Below, piece by piece: positions 38,795 to 49,306 of a stretch of DNA of 64,000 nucleotides. The DNA is from Thermodesulfovibrionales bacterium (GTDB lineage Bacteria > Nitrospirota > Thermodesulfovibrionia > Thermodesulfovibrionales > SM23-35): contig JAVHLL010000011.1 in NCBI GenBank assembly GCA_031082155.1, forward strand, positions 13,064-77,063, given 5' to 3'. Made by a program: the position numbers and the translations under genes. Position 1 is the stretch's first letter. Each line of letters starts with the position of its first letter. The notes beneath the pieces are model-generated. The model ran no database searches. It had not been told where the DNA came from and worked only from the letters and a program-made list of their open reading frames with translations.

Positions 38795-38835
38795 AAAACC
38801 TTCGGAGACAAGCTCCCGCTGACTCCGAAGGTTTT
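38795..38835. other. Perfect 13-bp palindromic hairpin in a divergent intergenic region
   Basis: AAAACCTTCGGAG (38795-38807), 15-nt loop, CTCCGAAGGTTTT (38823-38835). A/T runs on both sides make it terminator-like in both directions. Confidence 0.6.
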
Positions 38836-38984
38836 CTGGGAACCCCGAGCCTTAGAAGAACAAAAATTATTTTTCCCCCATGGTCTTTAATGGTTGAATC
38901 TTTAAGAGAGATTCACTATTATATTGATTAATATAAATAATAGATACAAATAGTAATAAGATAAACATAATGTAAAACTTTAAT

Positions 38985-40622
38985 ATGGAAGGTATTCCTA
39001 TCAACGGTACAAGAGTGATAATCCTCATCCTTGTTTTTCTCGTGTGTTTTCCTTGCGCTCTGCTTGCAGATGATACGACAGCGAAAACTATACGTTCATT
39101 CACTCTCGAACAGAAGGTCGGCCAGATTTTGATGATAGGGTTTCACAATAAGAGTCTGAGCAAAAAAGATATTTCTCTTCTCCGAAAGATAAGACCGGGG
39201 GGAATTGTTTTTTATGCAAGAAACTTTGGCTCTGTCTCTGATCTTCATCCGCTTATCGAAGAGATAAAAAAGGTTTTGGAAGACGAGGCCCTGCCGGTAT
39301 TTTTTGCAATAGACCAGGAAGGAGGGATTGTCCACCGTATAGAGGGAGAACAGTACAAGCCGCCTTCCGCCCCTGCAATCGGTGCAGCAAATTCGGAAGA
39401 TATCGCTATGGAGGTTGGGTTTGCGGTCGGCGGTGCACTAAAAAGCTTAGGGATTAATGTGAATCTTGCCCCTGTGCTCGATATGCCGGCGGATATCCAG
39501 CATTCAACAATGACATTGCGAAGTTTCAGTAATAAGCCGGAAATTGCAGCGCGGTTAGGTGTTGCCTATCTGAAAGGGCTCAGAAAAGCCGGCGTACTGT
39601 CTGTTGCCAAGCATTTCCCCGGAATAGGGCGGGCGTCCGGAGATACCCACGAAACCCTCCTCCATGTGGTCTGGAATACAGACCAGGAAAAAGAGAACGA
39701 TATGATGCCTTTCATGAGTGCAATAAAAGCCGGTGTCGATATGCTCATGGCCGGTCATGTCATCGCAGAACCGGGAGATACGAGCCGTCCCGTTTCATTG
39801 TCATTATACTGGTTGCATGATGTGTTGCGGAAAGAGAAAGGGTTCAGAGGGCTGGTCCTTGCTGATAACATAGAAATGAAACCGGTACAGGAAATGATGG
39901 ATATTGGAACAGCAGCCGTTGAGTCTTTCCAGGCAGGTGCAGACATCATTATGGTCAGTCATGAACAGAAAAACCAGGCAACTGTTTTTGAGGCGTTGCT
40001 GAAGGGGTTTGAAAAAGGAACCCTTTCCCACGAAAGATTGGAAGAATCGATACTGAGAATTGTACAGGCAAAGAAAATAATCAGGGATTCTCGCGTGCAT
40101 GAAGAAAAGCCCGGAGACCTGCGCAGTATTGTGAAGACAGTGCATGAAAGGTCAGTAATAGCGCTCAGGCTGAAAGATACTCCTCCGTTCGATTTCAAAC
40201 ACCACGAATCAATACTTTACGTTGGCTTCAATACAGTTCTCTTCGATGCTCTGAAAACGCTTTTCAAAAAAGCTGAGATGATGAACTCCTCTTCTGGCAA
40301 ATATCAGGCGATGAATTTCCGTAATCCTGTCGATCAATTCATCAAAAGGTTTGATATAGTTCTGATAGATTCAAACTATCCTGATATTTCTGAACTGATT
40401 TCCCTCTGCGACAGGTTAGCCATGCACTATATTATTTTTCAGAACAGAGTGAACGGCATGGAGAATACGCTTGAAACAATAAAACCAAAAGCGGTTATTG
40501 TCCTGCTTGACTCGGCAAAATATTCCTGCAGGATTGCTGCAGAAATTATAAGGGGAGTCAGAAAGACGAGCGGCATACTTCCTTTCCAGATACCCTCTGC
40601 AGCTTTTTATACCCTGTTTTAA
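38985..40622 (+). CDS. Glycoside hydrolase family 3 (NagZ-like beta-N-acetylhexosaminidase) with signal peptide and extra C-terminal domain
   Basis: KVGQILMIGF, FFAIDQEGGIVHR and AKHFPGIGRASGDTH are GH3 N-domain motifs. About 190 additional C-terminal residues of unknown function follow. Confidence 0.85.
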   Translation: MEGIPINGTRVIILILVFLVCFPCALLADDTTAKTIRSFTLEQKVGQILMIGFHNKSLSKKDISLLRKIRPGGIVFYARNFGSVSDLHPLIEEIKKVLEDEALPVFFAIDQEGGIVHRIEGEQYKPPSAPAIGAANSEDIAMEVGFAVGGALKSLGINVNLAPVLDMPADIQHSTMTLRSFSNKPEIAARLGVAYLKGLRKAGVLSVAKHFPGIGRASGDTHETLLHVVWNTDQEKENDMMPFMSAIKAGVDMLMAGHVIAEPGDTSRPVSLSLYWLHDVLRKEKGFRGLVLADNIEMKPVQEMMDIGTAAVESFQAGADIIMVSHEQKNQATVFEALLKGFEKGTLSHERLEESILRIVQAKKIIRDSRVHEEKPGDLRSIVKTVHERSVIALRLKDTPPFDFKHHESILYVGFNTVLFDALKTLFKKAEMMNSSSGKYQAMNFRNPVDQFIKRFDIVLIDSNYPDISELISLCDRLAMHYIIFQNRVNGMENTLETIKPKAVIVLLDSAKYSCRIAAEIIRGVRKTSGILPFQIPSAAFYTLF

Positions 40623-42716
40623 CTACGTGCCGCAGGAAATTGGCCAGGTATCACTGCATAGCAAACTGGTTCCATTATCTATGCAGTTATTCCCTTCCTG
40701 GATTTCGCCGGGAATAGCGTTATTCGGGTCAACAATAATCCTGTATGAATCAGGTGGAATGAAGGAAGGATCAATAGCAACTGCAATAAAACTATTCGCC
40801 GGGATACTGGTAAGGTTCACAGAATTGCACTCACAGTTATATGAGTCACATGATTCGATAAACACTGATACATTTGAAGCGTTGACCGAACCATTATTGT
40901 ATATATCTACGGAAACAGTATAGGTGGGAGATATGCCGATGGCGGCATTTTTGGGCTCAAGGTCGATTCCGCTGCCTGTCAGCGTTGTCGCAGACTTCTC
41001 GACCGTGTTGATTGCTACGTTCCCGGCTGCATCCGCTGCCCATACCCGGAAATAATAGATTGTACCTGACGTAAGATTCTGAACAGTATGTGATGTGAAT
41101 CCGGTAATTGAGGCATAAGGGTAGAAATCTATATAAGCGCCGGAAATATTTGCCATATAAATGAGATACTTGATCTGTGACTGAGGGGTTACATTATCGG
41201 TCGCAGAATTCCATATCAGTTGTATTTGAGTTGGAGAAATAGCGTTTGCTGAAATAAGACCGCCGAAAGTTGGCGGAGTCGTATCCGGTGGTGGTGGCAA
41301 TGTAGTGGCTGATTTTTGGACCGTATTGGACTCGGTGTTGCCTGCCTCATCTTTTGCACGGGCAACAAAATAATATGTTGTGTTTGGTGAAAGTCCTGGT
41401 ATCGTTGTCGAAGTGACGCCTGTTACTGTAGCTGCCGGAGATTCGAAGTTCTGCCCGCCGGATGTAGGTGCCATGTAAATATGATATGTGATTTTGGAGG
41501 CAGGAGTAATGTTGTCTGACGCAGCACTCCATGTGAGATCTATTGAACTTGATGATGCTGCACCCGCACTTAACAGTCCGTTGAAAACGGGAGGAATTGT
41601 GTCAGAAACGGCAGTGGTAAAGGACCACTGGTAATCAGCAGACAAAGCATTGCCGGCAAGATCCCTGGCGCCCGTCGTGACCATGGCAGTATAAGTTTTG
41701 TTTTGTTCAAGATCGGCAGACGGGGTAAATGTGGCAGTCAGTCCGGAGTAAGTGACTACGCCTGTTATCATGACCCCGTCCGGGTCTTTCAGGACAAATG
41801 TCGATGGATTTACGGTCGATGTATCCATCACTTCCGAGAATGTGGCGGTTATCGCAGAGGTTACCGGCACACTCGTTGCGTCGATACCGGGGCTGGTCCC
41901 CGTAACCGTGGGTGGTGTTGTGTCAGGCGCCGCGGATGTCGTAAACGACCAGGAATAGGCAGAAGCCATGTGATTGCCAATCATGTCCATTACGCCTGTT
42001 GTGATTGTAGCCGTATAGCCGGTACTGTACGCAAGATTCGAAAGCGGGGTGAAGGTTGCTACTGCGCCGTTTACTGAAATTGTGCCGCCAATGGAAAGCC
42101 CGTTCCCTGATAAAGAGAATGTTGCAGCGTTGAGGGTTGCGGGGTCTATCGTTTCACTAAAGGTTATGAGTATCGCAGAGGTAATTGGTACCCCTGTTTC
42201 GTTGCTTGCAGGATCGGTCGAAATCACGGACGGAGGGGTTAAATCCAAAGCCTTCATGTTGATGACAAGAAAAACCGGTTTCCCTTCCAGGTCTGTTGCT
42301 GTATCACCTTGGTATAAAATTCTCCCGGAAATATCTTTTGCTTCGACAAGAAAATACCTGTTTTTGCCGTTTGGAACAGAAAAGGATTCCCGGATCTGTG
42401 TCTGTCCCACAACAAACACCTCTTTTGTCATTGTAGACATATCCGGCCCGGCAATTGTAAACATGATTTTATGGACGCTGGACGGAATAGAAGCATATGC
42501 CGGGCTTTGTGCGCGGTCTTTGAAAAAAGACTTCAACTTGACAAGGAACGTCTCCGGCTCAATGCGTAATGCTGCGGTCTGTCCTGAACTGCCAACGGTT
42601 ATGGTTACAAGGGATGTGTTTTTACTGCTGCTTGTGTTACCTCCTCCACAATGAATATTCATTATGACCAAGGCAAAAAGCGCTATGCTTATTATTTTTT
42701 TCATGGAGCTCCTCAT
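40623..42716 (-). CDS. Large surface/lipoprotein with 2 SbsA-type Ig-like, 2 fibronectin-III-like and a CARDB-like C-terminal domain
   Basis: Signal plus Cys (MKKIISIALFALVIMNIHCGGG). Duplicated modules: DLTPPSVISTDPASNETGVPITSAILITFSE / DTTPPTVTGTSPGIDATSVPVTSAITATFSE, and IDLTWSAASDN...YYFVARAKDEAGN / IQLIWNSATDN...YYFRVWAADAAGN. C-terminal VDIYNNGSVNASNVSV...EGNN. The likely real start is MKKII at 42704. Confidence 0.8.
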   Translation of the reverse strand: MRSSMKKIISIALFALVIMNIHCGGGNTSSSKNTSLVTITVGSSGQTAALRIEPETFLVKLKSFFKDRAQSPAYASIPSSVHKIMFTIAGPDMSTMTKEVFVVGQTQIRESFSVPNGKNRYFLVEAKDISGRILYQGDTATDLEGKPVFLVINMKALDLTPPSVISTDPASNETGVPITSAILITFSETIDPATLNAATFSLSGNGLSIGGTISVNGAVATFTPLSNLAYSTGYTATITTGVMDMIGNHMASAYSWSFTTSAAPDTTPPTVTGTSPGIDATSVPVTSAITATFSEVMDTSTVNPSTFVLKDPDGVMITGVVTYSGLTATFTPSADLEQNKTYTAMVTTGARDLAGNALSADYQWSFTTAVSDTIPPVFNGLLSAGAASSSSIDLTWSAASDNITPASKITYHIYMAPTSGGQNFESPAATVTGVTSTTIPGLSPNTTYYFVARAKDEAGNTESNTVQKSATTLPPPPDTTPPTFGGLISANAISPTQIQLIWNSATDNVTPQSQIKYLIYMANISGAYIDFYPYASITGFTSHTVQNLTSGTIYYFRVWAADAAGNVAINTVEKSATTLTGSGIDLEPKNAAIGISPTYTVSVDIYNNGSVNASNVSVFIESCDSYNCECNSVNLTSIPANSFIAVAIDPSFIPPDSYRIIVDPNNAIPGEIQEGNNCIDNGTSLLCSDTWPISCGT

Positions 42717-43487
42717 CTATTTCGGGAATATAATATCAATGGTTACCGGTGTTGTATTAATCGTCCCCGGCTCATGTTCATACGGCGGAAGGATCTGCAT
42801 CTGCTCGATGACAAACCCACCTGGGCCAAGTGTTATTTCTGCAGGCCCGGGGATGGAGAGTTCATAGGAAATATTTGTTGCCTCAAGAAGATCACCAGTA
42901 TTTCCGCCCGGGGACTGAAAAGCAGCCGGGAACGGCTCTCCTGCTATAATTGTTATCATCATTCCTGGTGTAAGTAAGGTGCTGCCTTCTGAACCAGGAA
43001 AAGTACCTGTAACAGTGAATTCACCTTCGATGCAGATAAAGGTGGTAACCTGTTTCCCGTCAATGGTGCCGGTCTCGCAAAGAATTATGGTCCCCCGTGC
43101 CGCTGCAACCGCAGTAGGAGTGTGGATCTCAAAATTCGTTTTGCCGACGATCGAGCGCATCTTTCCGTCGAGAAGAGTTATGATTGACTTTCCACCCTTA
43201 TCCCTGCTGTAGACATATTCTTTAATGACAGCTTTTGACTTCTCGCCGAGCGTGAGAACGCTGTCGTCGGAAAAGAGCATTTTCGCCCTTGAAGCTTCGG
43301 AAGTAGCTACCGTATCGTTCAGAAAAATACTGTCTTTTAATCGCGCGTCCAAGAGAGTTCTCTCTCTATCGATAGTTGCCTTGCCTCTTAGTGCGACAAA
43401 GGAGCCAACAGGATCAGTTGCCTGGGCAATGTCGGATACCAACAGGAATATACCAAGAAATATGATTGCGAAATGTGATCTTTTCAT
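42717..43487 (-). CDS. Periplasmic FecR-domain protein
   Basis: Signal peptide MKRSHFAIIFLGIFLLVSDIAQA, then a FecR-like pattern VALRGKATIDR...LKDSIFLNDTVATSEASRAKMLFSDDSVLTLGEKSKAVI. Zero-nt junctions with both neighbours. Confidence 0.72.
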   Translation of the reverse strand: MKRSHFAIIFLGIFLLVSDIAQATDPVGSFVALRGKATIDRERTLLDARLKDSIFLNDTVATSEASRAKMLFSDDSVLTLGEKSKAVIKEYVYSRDKGGKSIITLLDGKMRSIVGKTNFEIHTPTAVAAARGTIILCETGTIDGKQVTTFICIEGEFTVTGTFPGSEGSTLLTPGMMITIIAGEPFPAAFQSPGGNTGDLLEATNISYELSIPGPAEITLGPGGFVIEQMQILPPYEHEPGTINTTPVTIDIIFPK

Positions 43488-44828
43488 TTAAAACCTCACC
43501 GTAAAAAATAGACTTGTTATTGCACGCTCATAGTCGAAGAGGTCAACACTAGACTTGTTTCTTGTATACAGTTGACCGACCGATACCGAGAATCTGTCCG
43601 AGAGAACCTTGGTCAGAGAGCCCCAAACGCTTTTCATGATATCTTCGCGCAACCGTGCAGCAGACGGATATCTTTCCCTGTAGTCTTTACCGTAATATTC
43701 ACCGTACAGATCCAGGTAAAACTGGACCGGGAGATTCCACCGTATTCCCGCGAAATATTTGTTTCCGGAATAAGACCAGTACGATTCCCTGGTATTTTCG
43801 TTATCATACGCATAGCCGATCCGGATGTTGCCATAGGAAGCGATCGGGATAGTTTCTGTGACGGTTATTGCGTTATTAAATCCGCGACGACCTGAATTAT
43901 TTCCAAAGAGCTCAGTGTCCATAAAATGATTTTTTCTGTATGTGTATGCAACAGTTGTTGTCAGCCCTCTCCAGAGTGAAAAAACGACTGATGGCGAAAG
44001 TATATGGGAATAGCTGTAAGCGTCGCCGCCAACAAGAGTATAATCGAATGCATACAAGGCTTTCAGGCTTACCCATGGAGCGAGGTGAAAAGCCATGGTG
44101 AATTCAGGCAGGTTGTTTGTCACATTGAAATCCGGGAGATTTGCATGGAGGCTTTGATAAAAACTGTACCCGAGTGCGCCCTCAATCTTTTCGTTCCTGA
44201 GGAAATTATATTTTCCCTTGAGGGAAAAGACAGCCCGCCAATCCGCTTTATCCGATATGCCTTCAGGAAGAGAGTCTCCGCCCTCCAAAATTACATTGCT
44301 GTCATATTGCCCGCCCAGAGAGATATTCAGTGCCCATGGTTTGACTGTACCGCGCTTTTTTGTATTCTCCAGATATTCCTTTGCCTTTGAGGCGATTTCT
44401 GTATTGGGAGCGGTCTTTATTGCAGTATCGAGGTAATCCTCTGATTCGTCATACAGGCCTCTATTGTAATAGTGAATACCGAGCTCGAGGTTGGTCCGGG
44501 GATTCTGTGGGTTCAAAAAAAGGGCTTTCTTCAGTACGCTTTCAGCCTCTTTTTCCTCTGACCGGCTTAAGGCTATGCCGAGATAGAGCGTGGCCTTTTC
44601 ATCATCTGTTTTTATCCGCAGCGCTTCCCGTGCATCTACGGCAGCTCCTTCGTAGTCGGCATTCTCGATCTTGAGTGCCGCCTTGGTGAGTGCGCGTTCA
44701 TATGCGGGGTCGAGGTCCTGGGCCTGCAAGGAATAGGAGAAAAGCAATACCGCGCAACAGGCAAGGATGGAAACGAAAGCAAGAGAATATTTCCGGAAAG
44801 GATAAAAAGGGGTAGTTTTTTTGCTCAT
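43488..44828 (-). CDS. Outer-membrane protein: N-terminal TPR domain + C-terminal beta-barrel (Slam/DUF560-like architecture)
   Basis: Signal sequence and about 150 aa of TPR-like helices (NPQNPRTNLELGIHYYNRGLYDESEDYLDTAIKTAP). About 280 aa of alternating-hydrophobic strands follow, ending in ...LFFTVRF (C-terminal Phe). Confidence 0.7.
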   Translation of the reverse strand: MSKKTTPFYPFRKYSLAFVSILACCAVLLFSYSLQAQDLDPAYERALTKAALKIENADYEGAAVDAREALRIKTDDEKATLYLGIALSRSEEKEAESVLKKALFLNPQNPRTNLELGIHYYNRGLYDESEDYLDTAIKTAPNTEIASKAKEYLENTKKRGTVKPWALNISLGGQYDSNVILEGGDSLPEGISDKADWRAVFSLKGKYNFLRNEKIEGALGYSFYQSLHANLPDFNVTNNLPEFTMAFHLAPWVSLKALYAFDYTLVGGDAYSYSHILSPSVVFSLWRGLTTTVAYTYRKNHFMDTELFGNNSGRRGFNNAITVTETIPIASYGNIRIGYAYDNENTRESYWSYSGNKYFAGIRWNLPVQFYLDLYGEYYGKDYRERYPSAARLREDIMKSVWGSLTKVLSDRFSVSVGQLYTRNKSSVDLFDYERAITSLFFTVRF

Positions 44829-45009
44829 ACGATTGCCTCTTAATCTTATTGAATTTAATTGCTATTATAGCTGATCAGCCAATTATGTCAAGGGTTATTT
44901 GGATTGATTTGTTCCGCTTTCTTCCGCATTATCGTGGTTCTGGCATAATAGTCCTGCACGCGGTAAAATAAGAAAAAATGGCACGCAATGCCGGATATTG
45001 GATGGACGT

Positions 45010-46059
45010 ATGCATGTCAAAATAAATTTACTTTTTGTTTTTTTTCTGTTCTCTTCCGCCGTATTTGCTCAAGAGTACAAGGATATCACTCCTGGCACCG
45101 GAGTCGAGATTCCCGGCGATTTCTATTTCAGAGACGGTTACCGCGTGCAATGGTGGTATTTTACCGGCAATCTCTTTGATGAAACGGGAAGAGAATTCGG
45201 CTACGAGCTCACTTTTTTTGTTGTAAATGTACAGAAGAGGTCCTATACATCACAGTTTGGAGTGAAGAGGATATATATTTCCCATTTTGCAATTTCCGAT
45301 ATTAAGGAAAACAGGTTCCTTTTCAGCGACCAGGCGGATACTGATGCGTATGCCCTGGCAGGAGCAAAGAGCGATTCGCTGAAAGTATGGGCAGGCAAAA
45401 ATATTCTCGAAGGCGACATGAGGGAACTGCACATTCAGGCAGCAGACCGTGAAAAATCTCTCGATCTCTCTCTTGCACCGGCAAAGCCTCTTGTCCTCAA
45501 TGGTGTGAACGGATATTCGAGAAAGTCAGAGGAATCACCGCAGAATGCATCGCTCTATTTTTCCTGCTCCCGCCTTGAAACCCGGGGCACCATAAAAATC
45601 GGCAGAGATATATTCAGGGTGAAAGGGAAAACCTGGTTTGACAGGGAGATATCATCGCGCGGACTGAGCAAAGATCAAAAGGGTTGGGATTGGTTCGCGA
45701 TTCAGCTCGATGATAACCGGGAACTTATGCTCTACCTGCTCAGGAAAAAAGACGGAACGATCGACCGCTATTCATCAGGGACATTCGTCTATCCTGACGG
45801 ACGATACAGGCCTCTCTCAAAAAACGATTTTGGAGTTGCCGTGCTGGATCATTACCGGTCAAAGAAAAGCCAGGCCAGATATCCCTCTCTGTGGGAGATA
45901 ACCGTACCGTCAGAGAATCTGAAAATAAGGATTATCCCTTCGCTTCAGGACCAGGAAGTCCTTGCACAGAACACAACCGGGAATTACTACTGGGAAGGAA
46001 CGTGCAGTGTTGAGGGAACTGCGAAGGGGAGGGCATATGTGGAGATGACGGGATATTGA
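45010..46059 (+). CDS. AttH / CrtC-like (hydroxyneurosporene-synthase-fold) secreted lipocalin-like protein
   Basis: Signal peptide [45 protein letters not shown] is the characteristic N-terminal motif of AttH-like proteins. ABC genes of attE/attFG type follow. Confidence 0.72.
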   Translation: MHVKINLLFVFFLFSSAVFAQEYKDITPGTGVEIPGDFYFRDGYRVQWWYFTGNLFDETGREFGYELTFFVVNVQKRSYTSQFGVKRIYISHFAISDIKENRFLFSDQADTDAYALAGAKSDSLKVWAGKNILEGDMRELHIQAADREKSLDLSLAPAKPLVLNGVNGYSRKSEESPQNASLYFSCSRLETRGTIKIGRDIFRVKGKTWFDREISSRGLSKDQKGWDWFAIQLDDNRELMLYLLRKKDGTIDRYSSGTFVYPDGRYRPLSKNDFGVAVLDHYRSKKSQARYPSLWEITVPSENLKIRIIPSLQDQEVLAQNTTGNYYWEGTCSVEGTAKGRAYVEMTGY

Positions 46060-46724
46060 AACATTGTGATAAGAAATTTATGATTCAAATTGAGACCGTA
46101 GAAAAATCATATGGACAGAACAGAGTCCTCAAAGGTATCAGTCTCACAATTGCACAGGGCGAGTTTGTTTCCATCACCGGCAGTTCCGGATCAGGGAAAT
46201 CTACCCTTCTTAATCTTATCGGGGGTATGGACAGGCCGGATAACGGGAGAATTCTTGTCGACGGTGCAGCCATATCCTTATATAATGATGAAAAGCTGAC
46301 CGGCTACAGAAGAAAACAGGTCGGGTTCATATTTCAGTTCTTTAACCTCCTGCCGAATATTACGGTCCTTGAAAACGTATTTATGCCTCTGCTCCTTAAC
46401 GGACAGGAGGATGAAAACAGCGCCTTTGCTATGATCGATCATGTCGGACTCAAGGGAAAAGAGCATGCGTATCCCTATCAACTCTCCGGAGGTGAACAAC
46501 AGCGGGTTGCGATTGCGAGGGCGCTGATTCATAACCCCCGGATTGTCCTTGCGGATGAGCCTACCGGAAGTCTCGACAGCGAAACAGGCAAAGCAATCAT
46601 GGAACTCATAAAAGAGTTGAAGGAGGATACCGGCAAGACCGTTATTTTGGTGACCCACGAAGCCTATATTGCGGAGTATGCACAGCGGGCACTCCAGATA
46701 AGAGACGGGATGATTCTCCAATGA
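46056..46724 (+). CDS. ABC transporter ATP-binding protein (MacB/LolD-type)
   Basis: Walker [10 protein letters not shown], signature LSGGEQQR, Walker [12 protein letters not shown]. The start may be ATG 46080 rather than TTG 46056. Confidence 0.92.
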   Translation: MKHCDKKFMIQIETVEKSYGQNRVLKGISLTIAQGEFVSITGSSGSGKSTLLNLIGGMDRPDNGRILVDGAAISLYNDEKLTGYRRKQVGFIFQFFNLLPNITVLENVFMPLLLNGQEDENSAFAMIDHVGLKGKEHAYPYQLSGGEQQRVAIARALIHNPRIVLADEPTGSLDSETGKAIMELIKELKEDTGKTVILVTHEAYIAEYAQRALQIRDGMILQ

Positions 46725-49255
46725 AGTTCCTGAAACTTGTCAGGCTTTTTGTGCTGCGAAATCTCAGGGAAGAAAAGTTTCTCACGTTCCTCTCCATTAC
46801 CGGCATTGCACTCGGTATCGGACTGTTTGTCGGGGTAAAGGTGGCTTCAGACAGGGCCATCGCTTCATTTGAAGCAGACATCAGGGGGGTTCAGCCCGCA
46901 ACGAACTACGAGATTTTTGATATATCGGGCATAGAGTTTGATGAGGGGGTATACCGTGATGTCCGTTCGGTGGCGGATGACTGCTTCCCGTTGATCAAGA
47001 CATCCGGTTATGTTCCTTCTTCAGGGGATACGATTGACCTGAACGGGATCTATACAGTAAAAGCGCTTTCTGTCCTTAAATTTACAGCGGTCCAGAGCAA
47101 GAACTTTGAAAAATTTTATCGGGAAATCAACGGAGTGCTTATCACAAAAAAGTTTTCAGAGAAACATGCCCTGAAAAAAGGAGACACATTTATCCCGGTG
47201 CTCTACGACAGAGAATATCCCCTGAAAGTTATCGATATCCTCCATACAGACAGGCTCCCCGCGAATACGGTTATCATGGACATCGGCAATTATCAGGAAT
47301 ATCTCGGAAAAACGGGACGTATCACGAGAATAGATCTCGACACGGATGAAGAATCAGCAGGGAGGATACAAGGAATTCTCCCGCAGAATCTCAAAATAGA
47401 ACGGGTCGACGAAGTCATTCAGAACCAGAGAGGGCTTGTCGCCTCCTTCAGGTATAACCTGCAGTTCTTAAGCCTGATTGCGATCCTCGTCGGGATATTC
47501 CTCCTCTACAACACTGTCTTCATCTCTGTTCTGAAGAGAAGAACAGAGATCGGGATCCTGCGCGGCCTCGGTACCGGGAGAAAAACGGTCATGGCACTTT
47601 TTATTCTCCAGGGACTGATTCTGGGAACCATAGGTTCGGTCTTCGGTATTGCACTCGGGCAGCTTGCAGCGTATTTTTCCATAAGTGCGGTGGGAAAAAC
47701 CCTCTCGACCATGTACAGCGCCGTATCCATAAGCGATTATTTCATCACATCCCATGATGCATTTTTTGCTCTCTCCACAGGTTTGTTCGTCTCGGTCCTT
47801 GCGTCTGCCATTCCGGCATATGAGTCCTCGAAGATCAGGCCGACCGAAAGCGCACGGGAGGGGTCTTTCGAGGGAAGATACCGGAAATATCAGAAATGGT
47901 TTGCCGCAGCCGGTCTGTTCAGTATCCTCCTGGGAACAGCGGTGGCGTACATAGATTATTATGCCATGCCTTTCGCATTTCCGGTCCTTGCATATCTGGG
48001 CATCCTCTTCCTCATCATCGGGTTTGCGTTTGCATCTCCGCTGTGTCTTACCCTCTTCTTGAAGCTGATGAAAAAACCCGCACAAATAATTTTCGGGATT
48101 ACCGCGAACATCACTATCGGGGATATGAACGGCAATATCTACCGGTTTGCCGTTGCGCTTATGACTGTCGCGATAAGTTGTGCTCTGATTATCGCCCTGT
48201 TCACTCTCATCTTTTCTTTCAGGGATTCATTGAAAGCATGGATCAACAAAAATATTGTAGCGGATGTCTATATCAAACCGGCATCCTGCAAGGCGAATTA
48301 CTGTTTCACTCCCATGTCGGAAGATATAATCACGACAGTGAAAGAATATTCCGAGGTGGCGGGAGTGGACAAATTCCGGGGACTGCATCTCGACCTCTTC
48401 GGCAAAAAGGTTATCGCCGGATTCGCCGATATCGAAGTCAAACGGAAGTATTCAGGAAAACGGTATTTTGACACAGAATATACAGGGGTTCTCAGGGAGA
48501 TGGAGGGAAGCGAACCGGTCGCGGGCATCTCTGATTACCTTGGTATTCAATATGGACTTGGGAAAGGCGACAGGTTCGAACTTATGACCCCGGCAGGAAA
48601 ACAGTCATTCAGGATCAATGATGTTTTTGCCAGTTACTCGACCACATCAGGCTTTCTCTATCTTGACCGAAAATGGTTGAAAAAATATTGGGGACTGGAC
48701 GACGCGACACAGATCAGTGTTTACGTGAAAGACGGGGTGGAAGTTGAGGAATTCATCCGGAAACTGAGAGAACGGCTGTCAACGAATTATACCCTCGAAG
48801 TCATGAACAATCATGAACTCCGCATGAAGATAATGGGCATTTTCAATAAAACTTTTGCGATCACCTATGCAATCGAACTCATTTCGATTCTCGTATCCCT
48901 GATCGGAGTAGTGAATACCCTGCTGGCCCTCGTATTTGAACGGAAAAGGGAGATCAGCATCATGAGATATATAGGAGCATCATGGAAACAGCTCCGGCAG
49001 ATGTTCGTTCTCTCCGCAGGTTTTATAGGGATTGTGGGCATTTTTTTGGGGAGCCTCATGGGCCCCATGATGAGTATGGTTTTTATTTATGTCGTGAATA
49101 AGATATCTTTCGGCTGGTATATACAATTCCATGTGCCCTATCTGTATCTGTCTGTTGTGCTCCTCCTGCTTTTCCTGACTACTCTTGCTGCAGGGTTATT
49201 GCCTTCGAAAGTGGCACAGAAGATAGACCCGAAAAGGTTTATCAGCTTTGAATGA
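46721..49255 (+). CDS. Fused double FtsX-domain ABC permease (AttF/AttG- or YbbP-like, 844 aa)
   Basis: Two MacB-type halves, each with an extracytoplasmic domain followed by FtsX-type TM helices. ATGA overlap with the ATPase gene. Confidence 0.88.
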   Translation: MKFLKLVRLFVLRNLREEKFLTFLSITGIALGIGLFVGVKVASDRAIASFEADIRGVQPATNYEIFDISGIEFDEGVYRDVRSVADDCFPLIKTSGYVPSSGDTIDLNGIYTVKALSVLKFTAVQSKNFEKFYREINGVLITKKFSEKHALKKGDTFIPVLYDREYPLKVIDILHTDRLPANTVIMDIGNYQEYLGKTGRITRIDLDTDEESAGRIQGILPQNLKIERVDEVIQNQRGLVASFRYNLQFLSLIAILVGIFLLYNTVFISVLKRRTEIGILRGLGTGRKTVMALFILQGLILGTIGSVFGIALGQLAAYFSISAVGKTLSTMYSAVSISDYFITSHDAFFALSTGLFVSVLASAIPAYESSKIRPTESAREGSFEGRYRKYQKWFAAAGLFSILLGTAVAYIDYYAMPFAFPVLAYLGILFLIIGFAFASPLCLTLFLKLMKKPAQIIFGITANITIGDMNGNIYRFAVALMTVAISCALIIALFTLIFSFRDSLKAWINKNIVADVYIKPASCKANYCFTPMSEDIITTVKEYSEVAGVDKFRGLHLDLFGKKVIAGFADIEVKRKYSGKRYFDTEYTGVLREMEGSEPVAGISDYLGIQYGLGKGDRFELMTPAGKQSFRINDVFASYSTTSGFLYLDRKWLKKYWGLDDATQISVYVKDGVEVEEFIRKLRERLSTNYTLEVMNNHELRMKIMGIFNKTFAITYAIELISILVSLIGVVNTLLALVFERKREISIMRYIGASWKQLRQMFVLSAGFIGIVGIFLGSLMGPMMSMVFIYVVNKISFGWYIQFHVPYLYLSVVLLLLFLTTLAAGLLPSKVAQKIDPKRFISFE

Positions 49256-49306
49256 AATGTTGTGTGTTTCCTGTGTGCATCGGATCTGATACAATGAAAC
49301 GGAGAC

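Noticed and set aside
40620-40625. Convergent GH3 and adhesin-like genes whose stop codons abut with zero spacer, as a possible regulatory collision site
   Set aside because: This is real in the sequence, but there is no additional structure or motif. It is probably just compact genome organisation.
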